DNA from: Cyanobacteria bacterium P01_D01_bin.156
GTDB lineage: Bacteria; Cyanobacteriota; Cyanobacteriia; Phormidesmidales; Phormidesmidaceae
Direction: 5' to 3'
DNA: 64,000 nucleotides
NCBI GenBank assembly: GCA_039024555.1
Contig: JBCCQQ010000013.1
Location: 32,001 to 96,000 of the forward strand
Below the pieces are notes generated by a model. That model did no database searches. It saw nothing but the letters and a program-made list of their open reading frames with translations, and was not told where the DNA came from. Below are positions 10,443-20,940 of this stretch, piece by piece. Position numbers and translations under genes: made by a program. The first letter of the stretch is position 1. The number at the start of each line of letters is the position of its first letter.

Positions 10443-12086
10443 ATGGAGGATCTGACCCCAGACGAGTTACATCAGCGAATTGCAGACCTGGAACGGAGCA
10501 ATCGCATTTTAGAAAAGAAACTAGCCCGATCAGAAGCCACCAGGGGCGAGTTAGAAACCCTAAGTCAGCGACGTGAACTGATGCTAAAACAGCTGCTGCG
10601 GGAAGTAGAAACGGCCAAAGTAGATCTCGAAACTGCTAAGGAAGTTGCTGATAAAGCCAATCAAGCCAAGAGTGAATTTTTGGCCAACATGAGCCACGAG
10701 CTACGCACTCCCCTAAATGGGATTTTAGGCTACGCTCAAATTTTGCAGCGAGATAGCCAAACCACCCATCAACAAAGAAGCGGTCTGGCCATTGTGCAGC
10801 AGTGTGCCCAGCATCTGTTGACCCTGATCAATGATATTTTAGATCTTTCAAAAATTGAGGCCCGTAAATTAGAGCTACATCCTGAACCTTTGGGGGTGGA
10901 TGATTTTCTCTACGGCATTAAAGAGATTTGTCGGATTAAAGCCGAACAGAAGGATCTCACGTTTCAATATGAAGCGGTCAATCAGCTACCTACTGCCATC
11001 AAAGCAGATGAAAAACGTCTGGGACAGGTGCTCATTAACCTGTTGGGGAATGCTATCAAATTTACGGATCGGGGCCATGTTGTTCTTAAAGTGGGGTCTT
11101 TAGATCCTGCTACCTCCCCTAGGTTGAGTTCCCAGGAATCTTCTAACCAAGTTCGACTCCAGTTTCAGGTAGAAGATACGGGTATTGGTATGACTCCGCC
11201 CCAGCTGGAGAGTATCTTTTTGCCTTTTGAGCAGGTGGGCAGTGCGGAGCGTCAGGCCCAGGGAACTGGCCTAGGGTTAGCCATTAGTCGCCAGATTGTA
11301 GAACTAATGGGTGGTACCTTACAGGTTAAAAGTACCTACGGTGAAGGCAGTACTTTCTGGTTTGATCTAACCTTGACCGTTGCTGACGACTGGCAAGGTC
11401 GCCACAATGAGCCGTCAGTCTTGGATACGATTGTTGGTTATGGGGGCGATCGCAAACGGATTTTAATTGTCGATGACCGTTGGGAAAATAGATCTGTTTT
11501 GCGCAATCTACTCACCCCCCTCGGGTTTGATATCCTCGAAGCCGAAGATGGTAAAGCGGGATTGGAACAGGCAACAACCCAGATACCCGATCTGATTATT
11601 ACCGATCTGGTCATGCCAGAAATGGGCGGCTTTGAAATGACTCAGCAACTCAAACATTCTGACGCTACTAAGGACGTCCCCATTATTGCCTCCTCTGCCA
11701 GCGTGTTTGATTTTGACCGTCAGCAAAGCTATGCCGCGGGCTGTAATGAATTTCTCCCGAAACCCATCCAAATCGATGAACTCTTCGGTTATCTGCAGCA
11801 GCACTTAAATCTAGTGTGGCAGCATAGCGCCGCCGTCGCCGTTGAAGACAATAACCCCACTGGGAAAACCATTACCCTACCCCCCATTGCCATACTCAAA
11901 ACCCTACATGCCACCGCCGAAGCAGGCTATATCCTAGATGTTCAGACCATGGCAGAGCAGCTATTAACGGAACACGAAGCATTTGCTAGAAAAATTTTAG
12001 CCTTTGTGGACGAATTAGACGACGAAGCCGTTGTTGACTATATTGCCCCCCATCTAACAGAGTCTGCAGGAGGTGAAGCCCAATGA
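10443..12086 (+). CDS. Cytoplasmic hybrid histidine kinase (coiled coil-HisKA-HATPase-REC)
   Basis: [35 protein letters not shown]; receiver ILIVDD..TDLVMP..KP. No TM segment or sensor domain. Confidence 0.92.
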   Translation: MEDLTPDELHQRIADLERSNRILEKKLARSEATRGELETLSQRRELMLKQLLREVETAKVDLETAKEVADKANQAKSEFLANMSHELRTPLNGILGYAQILQRDSQTTHQQRSGLAIVQQCAQHLLTLINDILDLSKIEARKLELHPEPLGVDDFLYGIKEICRIKAEQKDLTFQYEAVNQLPTAIKADEKRLGQVLINLLGNAIKFTDRGHVVLKVGSLDPATSPRLSSQESSNQVRLQFQVEDTGIGMTPPQLESIFLPFEQVGSAERQAQGTGLGLAISRQIVELMGGTLQVKSTYGEGSTFWFDLTLTVADDWQGRHNEPSVLDTIVGYGGDRKRILIVDDRWENRSVLRNLLTPLGFDILEAEDGKAGLEQATTQIPDLIITDLVMPEMGGFEMTQQLKHSDATKDVPIIASSASVFDFDRQQSYAAGCNEFLPKPIQIDELFGYLQQHLNLVWQHSAAVAVEDNNPTGKTITLPPIAILKTLHATAEAGYILDVQTMAEQLLTEHEAFARKILAFVDELDDEAVVDYIAPHLTESAGGEAQ

Positions 12087-13360
12087 CACCCCCAAAAATA
12101 ATCGCTAGCTTATCCAGCACCTCCGAGCAAGGCGGCCTCACTTGCAAGACACAAGATAAGCAGTCGATTTTAATTGTTGACGATAACCCCAACAATGTTA
12201 AGGTCCTCTGCGATCTTCTCAATAAAAACAATTACCGCGTTTCCATTGCTAAAAGTGGAGAGAGTGCCCTTAAAAAAGTGGCACGCTCATCTCCAGACTT
12301 GATCTTATTAGACATTATGATGCCCGGTATTGATGGCTTTGAAGTGTGTTCTCGGCTCAAAGCAAATCCGGATACTAAAGATATTCCCATTCTTTTTATG
12401 ACGGCTCTTTCCGATACCCTCAACAGGGTAAAAGGACTCAGCTTAGGCGCTGTTGACTACATTACTAAACCCATTGAACATGAAGAGACCTTAGCCCGTA
12501 TCCAGGTGCACCTGACCCTGCGTCAAACCCAGGCACAGCTGGTACAAGAAGAAAAAATGGCAGCACTAGGTCAGCTGGTGGCCGGTGTCGCCCATGAGAT
12601 TAATAACCCTCTAAACTTTATCTGTGGGAATTTAGAACCTGCTGTAGACTACGCCAAGTCTCTGTTAGAGCTGCTGCGCTTATATGAGGACAATACGACT
12701 TCTCCTTCAGCAGAGATTGCCAACTATGCTGAAGAGATTGAACTGGACTATATTCGCCAAGATTTTTTGCGGTTGCTCAATTCTATGGTGGTAGGTGCAG
12801 AACGCATTGAGAAAATTGTGCGTTCACTGCAGCTGATTTCACGAGTGGATGACTCTGTGCGCAAGCCAGCGGAACTACAGGATGGTTTAGATAGCACCCT
12901 GATGATTTTGCACAATCGCTTAAAAATACAGCCTGGGCGGCCTGCGATTGAAGTGGTTAGAAAGTATGAGCCATTGCCCTTAGTGCAGTGCTATCCTGGC
13001 AAAATCAACCAGGTTTTTATGAATTTGATCGTTAATGCCATCGATGCCATTGATGATAAGTGTTCTACTTTATCTACTGAGGAGCTAGAGACCGTAGAGC
13101 CTTCATTATTGATTTCAACAACTTTGGAAAATGAACAGGCTGTCATTACTATTTCAGATAGTGGAACCGGCATTCCTGCTAATATTCAACAGCGCATTTT
13201 TGATCAGTTTTTTACGACAAAACCAGCTGGAAAAGGAACAGGATTGGGCCTGGCTATTTCCCACGCCATTGTCACCCAAAAACACCGAGGAGAACTTACG
13301 TTTAAGTCTCAGCCAGGTATCGGTACAGACTTCATTATTAAATTACCGCTACTGGTCTAG
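12083..13360 (+). CDS. REC-histidine kinase hybrid
   Basis: ILIVDD..LDIMMP..KP receiver followed by AHEINNP and HATPase boxes; 4-nt overlap with the upstream gene. Confidence 0.92.
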   Translation: MTPPKIIASLSSTSEQGGLTCKTQDKQSILIVDDNPNNVKVLCDLLNKNNYRVSIAKSGESALKKVARSSPDLILLDIMMPGIDGFEVCSRLKANPDTKDIPILFMTALSDTLNRVKGLSLGAVDYITKPIEHEETLARIQVHLTLRQTQAQLVQEEKMAALGQLVAGVAHEINNPLNFICGNLEPAVDYAKSLLELLRLYEDNTTSPSAEIANYAEEIELDYIRQDFLRLLNSMVVGAERIEKIVRSLQLISRVDDSVRKPAELQDGLDSTLMILHNRLKIQPGRPAIEVVRKYEPLPLVQCYPGKINQVFMNLIVNAIDAIDDKCSTLSTEELETVEPSLLISTTLENEQAVITISDSGTGIPANIQQRIFDQFFTTKPAGKGTGLGLAISHAIVTQKHRGELTFKSQPGIGTDFIIKLPLLV

Positions 13361-13380
13361 GCTGATGCCATCTATAATCT

Positions 13381-13450
13381 TGGTAATTTAACGGTATTTT
13401 AGGTAGTCGTTAATTCTTAAATTCGGTAAAAAGGCGATGGATCCGGTATC
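13381..13450 (+). promoter_or_regulatory. CGGTA-type repeat array (copy 2)
   Basis: TGGTAAT 13381, CGGTATT 13392, AGGTAG 13401, CGGTAAA 13424, CGGTATC 13444. Confidence 0.5.
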
Positions 13451-13551
13451 TGCTGTCGAAAGGTCTTCAAGGGTAGGAAGAGAGCGCTAATCTAGATACG
13501 TACCACAGCGAAAGCTTTGATATCTAAATATTCTTTATTAAGGAGTGAAGG

Positions 13552-13770
13552 ATGTCGTCTAAACCTACTGAAAACAAATTTACTTCCGCAGACAGTACCC
13601 GACTCATTGCTTTGTTAACTCTTTTAGAAGCCAGTGTTGCCATGAAAGTAGACAGCACTATAACTGGCATTCTGTTCGCAATCATTATAGTAGTGAGTAC
13701 GTGCTATCTAGCAGTCGATATTTGGGGCCGAATCGTCAGGTCTGTTAGATCTTTCAAACGGTATCGTTAG
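13552..13770 (+). CDS. Small membrane protein (about 2 TM), hypothetical
   Basis: AAGGAG RBS; two hydrophobic segments; basic C-terminus. Confidence 0.6.
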   Translation: MSSKPTENKFTSADSTRLIALLTLLEASVAMKVDSTITGILFAIIIVVSTCYLAVDIWGRIVRSVRSFKRYR

Positions 13771-13808
13771 AGAGATTGTGAGGTGACTATAGAATCCTAA
13801 AAATACCC

Positions 13809-14753
13809 TTATTCATTGCTAAGTCTCTTTAAAGAGTTGAGGGACTTACGTAGCTCTCTTAAGGATGACCATCTGGCCTGCCCAGTGATAAAACCATCGG
13901 GCATTCTGGTATTGATAAGATTGGCCCCTTTGAGTTGTTTAAAGGTTAAATTAGTAGCACCTGAGAGATCAGCATTTTCCAGGTTTGCCTCCCAAAGAAC
14001 TACATTCTGTAGATTGGTGTCCATAAGCTTAGCTCCCTTTAAGTTAGCGCGCCACATGTAAGTCCTGGTCAAATCTGCATGTTGTAGGTTGGCATTCTCA
14101 AGGTTCGCATAGGACAGTTTGCTTTTGGCAAGATTGGCATACTGCAGATTAGTTTTTGAGAGATTAGCTTTCCACAAATTTGCTTTACTTAGATCGGCAT
14201 TCTGCAAATTAGCTGTACACAAATTTATATTCTGGGCACGAATTTGAGACAGCTTTGCAGATTCTAAGTTAGCACCCTCAAAATTAGAGTCTCTAAGATC
14301 GGCGTTATTTATATTGACACCGACAAGATGTACGTTTGGCAAGACTGCCCGCGTTAAGGAAACGTCTTCGGCTACTAATGTTTCTAACGCCCAGGGACGG
14401 GTTTGGCTGTTAGGAATATGGGCTGTAGTATCGAGCATCTTGAGCAGTTCTTTCTGTCGATGCAGCTTACGATTGGGGGCTTCTTTGTAGAAGAGTATAA
14501 CCACCATGATCGTGGCGATGGATTCGGCTCGGTCAAACAAAATGGCCAAAACTTTACGAGAGAGAAGGTCACTTGGTTGGGTAAGGGTTGGATCGCTGTA
14601 TAGTGCGATCTCACCCAGCAAAGTAACTGAAACACCGCAAACAACCCAGCTAGGTGAACGATGTAGATTTGACATCACACATTGCTTTGTACGACCAAAC
14701 CGCCGTAAGCATCTATTGATAAAGCGTCTAAGCTGAAAGACAGGTGATTTCAT
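13809..14753 (-). CDS. Pentapeptide repeat protein with N-terminal hydrophobic segments
   Basis: Long A(D/N)Lxx repeat tract (ANLQN ADLSK ANLWK ANLSK...); start uncertain. Confidence 0.85.
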   Translation of the reverse strand: MKSPVFQLRRFINRCLRRFGRTKQCVMSNLHRSPSWVVCGVSVTLLGEIALYSDPTLTQPSDLLSRKVLAILFDRAESIATIMVVILFYKEAPNRKLHRQKELLKMLDTTAHIPNSQTRPWALETLVAEDVSLTRAVLPNVHLVGVNINNADLRDSNFEGANLESAKLSQIRAQNINLCTANLQNADLSKANLWKANLSKTNLQYANLAKSKLSYANLENANLQHADLTRTYMWRANLKGAKLMDTNLQNVVLWEANLENADLSGATNLTFKQLKGANLINTRMPDGFITGQARWSSLRELRKSLNSLKRLSNE

Positions 14754-14777
14754 CCTATATTCTCAGTACAACAGCAA

Positions 14778-15167
14778 CTAACTATCCGAGGAGGTAGATG
14801 TCAGATCGACTTCATTAAGAAAGAGATGTAAGGGCTGCTCTTTGTAAACCATCCTATTCAATATGCTCTGGCCGCAAATCTCCTGTAAAAAAAGAGTTTG
14901 AGAGAGACTATTTGCTGACATGATTTGAGCATTCAGTAGCATTTCTAAGACATGTATCTGAGAGCGCAACCTCGACTCATCGTTAGTTTCTTGGTAACTC
15001 TTTGCCATCGTATTGATAGTGGTCTTGTTACCTGTTGGCAGTATGATCAATAGTCCTTTAGTCGCTATTCCCAAAATTCGACTCAGCAAGACGGTAGCCG
15101 TAGCCTGTGCGAAAATATGAGGTAGATCGGTAATCAACCAGGGTTCTGATATTACTAAAATTGCCAT
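14778..15167 (-). CDS. Hypothetical protein
   Basis: 129-aa ATG ORF co-oriented between the NfeD-like and pentapeptide genes; hydrophobic N-terminus. Confidence 0.45.
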   Translation of the reverse strand: MAILVISEPWLITDLPHIFAQATATVLLSRILGIATKGLLIILPTGNKTTINTMAKSYQETNDESRLRSQIHVLEMLLNAQIMSANSLSQTLFLQEICGQSILNRMVYKEQPLHLFLNEVDLTSTSSDS

Positions 15168-15330
15168 AGTGAGATTGTCACAGCTCTTTAAGACTGTGCC
15201 TCATTAGTGTTAATAAAGTAAATAAACCTTGGATATGTCTGAGTTTGTTCTGTGGCGTCGGTAGGCTCTTCTTTTCCTACGACACACCAGTATCATCAAA
15301 CTTTTGAGCTTCTGAGGAAATCATTAGTGG

Positions 15331-15579
15331 CTATACAATTGGCTCTACGATTAACGTATTCCCCTGGCGATCTAGAATCCTTACTTTTTGTCCAGACTTC
15401 AAGATGCTACTACCTTCCTGACAAATTGCTGACCAAAGTACACCTCCATAGCAACGGACACGTCCTGCTCTAAAGGATTTGATTTCATCAGTAACAACTG
15501 CTATCTCAGAACCTAAATATCTACTACTAGCAGCTTTAACTGTTGTTGCTTGTTTGTTGTTGTAAAACAATCCGAACAT
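15331..15579 (-). CDS. Stand-alone NfeD-like C-terminal (OB-fold) protein
   Basis: AVVTDEI...GRV...GVLWSA......GQKVRILDRQGNTLIVEP. Confidence 0.8.
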   Translation of the reverse strand: MFGLFYNNKQATTVKAASSRYLGSEIAVVTDEIKSFRAGRVRCYGGVLWSAICQEGSSILKSGQKVRILDRQGNTLIVEPIV

Positions 15580-15729
15580 AATTCTTACCCCTCTGGTTTC
15601 AGAAGCTGAGTGTTTTATATCGGCAGCAATATCAGCGGAAACTTGTTATAGACGACATTAAAAGACAGCTGATCTGGTGTCGATATAAAAATCGTATCAC
15701 TGAAAACCCTCTCTGAGTAAAGAACACAG

Positions 15730-16230
15730 CGGCTTTATCCGGATAATTGGAGCGAGAAAATCGGTATTAAAGGGTAATTTTTATAACCTGTTTTCTCGTT
15801 GATGTGTGATTTTATGGCCGTAGCCAAACAAAATCAGAAATTCAAGTGTGAGAGAAATCTAAAAAACTTTATAAGGTAAAATTTAAGGCGAAGACATAAC
15901 ATGAGGAACTTATCGGTAAATTTCGGCTTTAAGACTGTTGGTGTTGGCTGATAGTGACAGTGATATTGATGAGAAGGATATTTATTATCAGCATCAAATT
16001 ATATATTATCTCTGTCTGTTAGGAGGAACCAACATAAGCCGTGAAATCCAGATGATGAATAAACTTGAAGCTTAGAACTCGGAATATTAGGTAAGAGGTG
16101 CATTCCGAATTTCAAACTCTAGAGTTCTTGGGAACCCATTCTACGTTGTGTTGATGTCCGGTATTTAGCGGTATTTTGATATCGTTTTCTTCGGTAATTT
16201 AATGAAAAAAGCCGATGTTTCCGGTATTCA
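15730..16230 (+). promoter_or_regulatory. Dense CGGTA-type repeat arrays in the NfeD/NACHT divergent region
   Basis: Units at 15730/15740, 15762/15772, 15914/15924, 16080/16089, 16159/16169, 16192, 16213/16222, mostly paired 9-10 bp apart. Confidence 0.6.
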
Positions 16231-16516
16231 ACTGTTCTGAAAAGTGAGCATACCTGTTCAATAAGTTAAACTGGTCGAACGCGTGAGGGATTTTCTTCTT
16301 GTGCGTAAAATTTGACTAGAGGTTCAGTCTTACCTGCATGAAGACCTGTTGTTAGCAGCTTACAAGCTACTGGGAGCAGGTTAGTAGTGAAGGGACTGTA
16401 CCTGACGACTAGGTAACCCTCATACTCAGCCTATCGTAGCCATAGTATACCATAATAGTTCGTATGAACTATGAGTGGTTCGTGTGGCTGTATAAGCCGT
16501 ATACCGAGCAACCGTT

Positions 16517-18991
16517 ATGGCCGCTAAAGCTTACGAAGTAGATAAGAAGATTTTTCAAGCATTACTGGTAGCATACCAGGAGAAATGTGGTTCTTCGCCT
16601 TCTAACTTGATTGACAGACTCAACCAAGCTTTTCCAGAGGACTTAGACGTTCTTCGTAAGAAGAGAGGGGGGTCTACATCCCGAGATCTGATTTCTGATA
16701 AGACCATCCGTAATTTTTTTAACTCCGATCAGCCTGGCCGTATGGTCGAAAAAAATCTCAACTTTCTGTGTCGCTATCTGCTGAGCTTCTCTAGCTATCG
16801 GGATGCGCTTAATAATTATAAATCAGGTAATACTACACCCCGAGGCAATGAGCTCAAACTCCAGCCTTCAAAGTCTTTGGTTACATCCTGGATCGAGCCC
16901 TATGTTGCGTACTTTATTAAAAAGTATGATCAGGTTCGAATCCCTAATATGACTAGATCTGCTCATATTGACTCTGTTTACACGGAGTCAATGCTATCGG
17001 AGGACCTGCGTATTCGTAGACGTAAGTCTTTTTTAGAACTACAGGCTGAGATGGAGCCAAACTATGTAGAAACTAAATCTCGGACTACTGTTTCTGATGT
17101 GTTTTCCGAGCACGAGCGTCTTATGGTTTGGGGTCCTGCAGGGTCAGGAAAAACCACGTCCCTAAAGTTTTATGCTCTTCGTATTGCTGAGTCTCTTCGT
17201 TCAAAGCCTGATGGTTCATTAGTTCCAATATTTATTGAATGTTCTCGGTTCTCAACGGCTGAAGTTGAGACTGATTTGCTTAAGGTAATTGCTGGCAAGC
17301 TTGAACATGGCGATATGAGTCCTGAAGAGTCTCAGGACATAGCCAAAGACTTGCTCAAGCATGGCCAGTGTATTGTTCTTCTAGATGGACTAGACGAAGT
17401 ACCTAAAGATATTAGACCCAAGGTATCTAGGCAATTTGACATACTGATTAATAAATATCCTAAAAATCGCTTTATTCTCACCTGCCGCTACGGAGCTACG
17501 GAATCTGTACCTGAGAACTTTACTGAAGTCGAGATGACCGACTTCGATCAGAAACAGATCTATACCTTTGTACATTCGTGGTTCAAGGATAACGATGAGA
17601 AAGGGGTTATTCGGAGATTTCTAGCGTATCTAAAAGAACACTCAAACATTGGGAAATTAGCAAAGAATCCTCTTCTGTTGACAATGCTTTGCTCAATTTA
17701 TGAACAGGGATACGAGTTTCCCAAAGGAAAAAGTTCTCTATTTGAAGATGCTACCGATCTCTATTTGCGGAAATGGGATTCTTATCGTCGTATCGATCAT
17801 AGAGACAAGATTTACGATGGTTTGCTATCTAGACCCAAACGACGAGATCTGTTTAGCCGACTCGCTTACGAAGGCATGAATCGTCAAGATATAGCTAAGA
17901 GCTTCTGGCGACGTACAGATCTGCAGAAGTTTATCAGAGAATACATTGAAAATTTGAAGGATGCAAAAGAAAAGTCGTTAGATGATGACGCCCGTCAGAT
18001 TTTGGATGCTCTAGAGTCCCAAGATAGCTTACTAACCCGCTCCGCCCATGAAGTTTATACATTCTCCTATGAGGGCTTTTCAGCCTATTTTACTGCTATG
18101 AAGGTTAAAGAAGAAATGGGAACTGAGCCTAAACATTGGAATCGCTTTCTAAAAGAACATGCTCTACAGCCTGAATGGAGAGAGTCTTTACTGTTTACAG
18201 CTGAGCAGCTTTCAGAAGCTAATACGTTCTTGAAGTGCTTGTTTAAGCTGATGCAGCAGCAGCTTGATGTCTTATCTGATACAAGTAGACAGCGCTTAAT
18301 GGAAGCGTTTGAATGGTTAGAGCAGGCAACCGATGGCGCTAAGGTTAGCTCCAGTGCATGGCGTGCTTGTTTTCTTTCATTCGATTTAGAAACTGACCTG
18401 CGTATTTCTCGTAAAACAAAAGGGATGGATAATCAAACAGCTCAAAGGGTTGCTACAAAGCTACGAGCTGTGAATAAACAAGCAGGAAGTTTGAAATCTA
18501 GAACAGACGCGGCCAAGCTGAGTCTGGATCTGGCTGTTATCCACACACTGGTAATGGATAGGGCTGAGAACTTGCCTACCAAGATTGAAATGCTTGAGCA
18601 CTACGACCCAACCTATCGAGCTGCACAACAAGATATCTCTGATAGATATAAAGACTCAATTGAGCTTGCAGAAAAGCTAAAGCCTGAGTTAGCAGAAGAA
18701 CTACATCAGCTCACAGATTCTATACCAAATCTTGAACAAGCATCCTGTAAAGCTTGTCAAAACTGGGCTGAAGCGCTCCAAGTTCTAATGAAACAGTATC
18801 TATATGAAGGGTATGCCATTGTTCTAGAGCCTCAGGAAGTTGATGCCCTTAACAACTACTTATATCTGTGCGAACTTCTGGTTGATTGTTTACAGGCAGA
18901 CATTTATTGCTCTAAATCTTTACGAGAAGATTTACTTGAGGCTTTGATGCTACCGTCATCCAGTGATAAAATACCTGGAACACTTTTATAA
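16517..18991 (+). CDS. NACHT (STAND) NTPase with putative N-terminal HTH and cyanobacterial C-terminal helical (NCH2-like) domain
   Basis: Walker A GPAGSGKTT, Walker B VLLDGLDEV, ILTCR, NPLLL. N-terminal ISDKTIRNFFN resembles an XRE-type recognition helix. C-terminal YLYLCELLVDCLQ...EALMLP. Confidence 0.88.
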   Translation: MAAKAYEVDKKIFQALLVAYQEKCGSSPSNLIDRLNQAFPEDLDVLRKKRGGSTSRDLISDKTIRNFFNSDQPGRMVEKNLNFLCRYLLSFSSYRDALNNYKSGNTTPRGNELKLQPSKSLVTSWIEPYVAYFIKKYDQVRIPNMTRSAHIDSVYTESMLSEDLRIRRRKSFLELQAEMEPNYVETKSRTTVSDVFSEHERLMVWGPAGSGKTTSLKFYALRIAESLRSKPDGSLVPIFIECSRFSTAEVETDLLKVIAGKLEHGDMSPEESQDIAKDLLKHGQCIVLLDGLDEVPKDIRPKVSRQFDILINKYPKNRFILTCRYGATESVPENFTEVEMTDFDQKQIYTFVHSWFKDNDEKGVIRRFLAYLKEHSNIGKLAKNPLLLTMLCSIYEQGYEFPKGKSSLFEDATDLYLRKWDSYRRIDHRDKIYDGLLSRPKRRDLFSRLAYEGMNRQDIAKSFWRRTDLQKFIREYIENLKDAKEKSLDDDARQILDALESQDSLLTRSAHEVYTFSYEGFSAYFTAMKVKEEMGTEPKHWNRFLKEHALQPEWRESLLFTAEQLSEANTFLKCLFKLMQQQLDVLSDTSRQRLMEAFEWLEQATDGAKVSSSAWRACFLSFDLETDLRISRKTKGMDNQTAQRVATKLRAVNKQAGSLKSRTDAAKLSLDLAVIHTLVMDRAENLPTKIEMLEHYDPTYRAAQQDISDRYKDSIELAEKLKPELAEELHQLTDSIPNLEQASCKACQNWAEALQVLMKQYLYEGYAIVLEPQEVDALNNYLYLCELLVDCLQADIYCSKSLREDLLEALMLPSSSDKIPGTLL

Positions 18992-19060
18992 GTTTGGTAT
19001 CGCTTGCGCTTAGCACCGATGGCTCTGTTTATCTAATAACAAGTCTATAATCTGCTTAAG

Positions 19061-20752
19061 ATGCAGCAGCAGTTTATGAAAATCAAATCTGCAGTTCTCC
19101 CAATTCTTATAGGTATTTGCTCTTACGGAATTTTTCTTGCCCTTTCGAGAGTCTTTGGACCTGATTTTAGTATTCGTAACATTTCTATATTAAATCATTC
19201 TGTACTACAGCCTGCAATGTTTATCGCTGTTGCTGCTGGCTTATATTTGAATGTATCAGAAATTAATACTTCAGAGCTACTCAAAAATAGAGCTGCTATT
19301 TTAGCTGTACTACTTGTTGGTGTTCCCGTAAAAATACTTGTCCCAGGTTTCATATTGTTCGGAGTATCTTCTTTTGGGCTAGGTGTAGCTTTGCTGTGTG
19401 CTACAGTCATTGCTCAAATAGACCCTATCCTTACAGCTCGTAATGTCGATCCCGAACGATTTAGTGAAAAATCTGGAACGATTCTGAGATGCTGGTCCAG
19501 TTTTGATGATCCTATTACGGTCTTATTCGCCTTTTATGTCTTTTTGCCCCTTTTTTTTGAGGCATCGTCAGGCTCGATTGGTAGCTATCTGTTTGGATTA
19601 TGTATAGAAACTTTAGTTTGTGGTAGCACTGCTCGGTTTCTTTATGATGCTAATATTCGCTCCCAAAAGCTAGGGGTGGTTGCTACCTGCTTGAGTAGTG
19701 CCCTACTAGGTAGATTCTTACTACCGGCCGCTCTGGGGCTAGCCGTTCGTCCATTTAGAAATGAAAGGACTAAAACGACGCTTCTGAATTGGATTTTTTG
19801 GTTTAGTGCAGCCGTGATTGGTGGATTAGCCGTTGGTCTAGATATAAATTGGACTGCTGGCCTTGTTTTGGGCGTAAGCACGTTTGCGATCGCGCAGCCC
19901 TTGGTTTCCTTGATGTTTATCCGAGGTGACAGTCCGCCTAACTTTTGGCGTATAGTCTTTGGGCATCAGAATGGTATGACCGCTATTCTGTTGACAATTG
20001 CCATCGAATTACAAACAGGGCAAACACAGCTGATGTCGATTACAATTCCAGCAGTTTTGTTTATTGCTTTGTTTTACGGCTTCTCTAATTGGTGGTTAGA
20101 TAGATATTGGCCCACTCCCAACACTTCAGAAGTAGGCTTCTCTCAGAGAAATATTCAATCCTTGATGGACCAACCAGAGGTAAAATCACTAAGCAATAGC
20201 TCATCATATTCAGCCGTAGACAATACGAAAGAGCTAAATAAAATCGTAAATGAAATAGAAGACTTAACTAAGTTGACCGATGATGCACAGGAGGCCCTAG
20301 CAAATAGCCATCATTACACGGTCACTCAACTAAGGCAGAAATATAGACCCGAACCACTGCTAAAAAATGAGCTTGAGCATGAATTAAAGCAACAGCAGCA
20401 GTGTATCAATAGTTCACTAAATCATCTTGATAATTTAAAAGCATATCTTTTAGACATTCAAAGGCAAATAATCAAACAACAAAAAACTCTTTCTACAGAT
20501 GTGCCTAAGCCACTACGAGTGGATTTTGATGGAGCTCATAGGTTGCTTATGGCTGTAATCAAACCTGGCCATAGACAGTCTATGAACGCCAAATCACCTA
20601 CTACAGATGCAAAACTTGAAAAGCAATCGCTTACATTCAGCAAAGGTCACGAGTCAAGCAAACCAATCGAGGCCTATACAGCAGACATTACAGCCAGACT
20701 AAACAATATAGAGGAACGTTTACAAAAGTTCTGCAACGTATCCAATAAGTAA
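19061..20752 (+). CDS. Cation:proton antiporter-like membrane protein with long soluble C-terminal tail
   Basis: About 11-12 hydrophobic segments with AQIDP and WSSFDDP motifs resembling CPA transporters; ~200-aa hydrophilic, partly coiled-coil tail. Confidence 0.6.
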   Translation: MQQQFMKIKSAVLPILIGICSYGIFLALSRVFGPDFSIRNISILNHSVLQPAMFIAVAAGLYLNVSEINTSELLKNRAAILAVLLVGVPVKILVPGFILFGVSSFGLGVALLCATVIAQIDPILTARNVDPERFSEKSGTILRCWSSFDDPITVLFAFYVFLPLFFEASSGSIGSYLFGLCIETLVCGSTARFLYDANIRSQKLGVVATCLSSALLGRFLLPAALGLAVRPFRNERTKTTLLNWIFWFSAAVIGGLAVGLDINWTAGLVLGVSTFAIAQPLVSLMFIRGDSPPNFWRIVFGHQNGMTAILLTIAIELQTGQTQLMSITIPAVLFIALFYGFSNWWLDRYWPTPNTSEVGFSQRNIQSLMDQPEVKSLSNSSSYSAVDNTKELNKIVNEIEDLTKLTDDAQEALANSHHYTVTQLRQKYRPEPLLKNELEHELKQQQQCINSSLNHLDNLKAYLLDIQRQIIKQQKTLSTDVPKPLRVDFDGAHRLLMAVIKPGHRQSMNAKSPTTDAKLEKQSLTFSKGHESSKPIEAYTADITARLNNIEERLQKFCNVSNK

Positions 20753-20940
20753 CTTTCTATCATCGGCAATACTACAGAGTGCAGATATATCACTTCCCCA
20801 ATAGTTAAACCTCTTGCATATCAAATCTAAGATGCATAATCCCTAGTAATAACTCACTGATAGTAGCTAATATGCAGTATGTAGTCATGTTGTGTGGAAT
20901 GGGGTTCAGCATTCTAAAATCCATTTCAGAATCTAAATAA

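Noticed and set aside
11460..19880. Apparent lack of HIP1 (GCGATCGC) sites across the NACHT region as a sign of foreign DNA
   Set aside because: A similarly long gap seems to occur in the core chemotaxis cluster (~38.8-47.4 kb), and HIP1 density is too low here to be informative.
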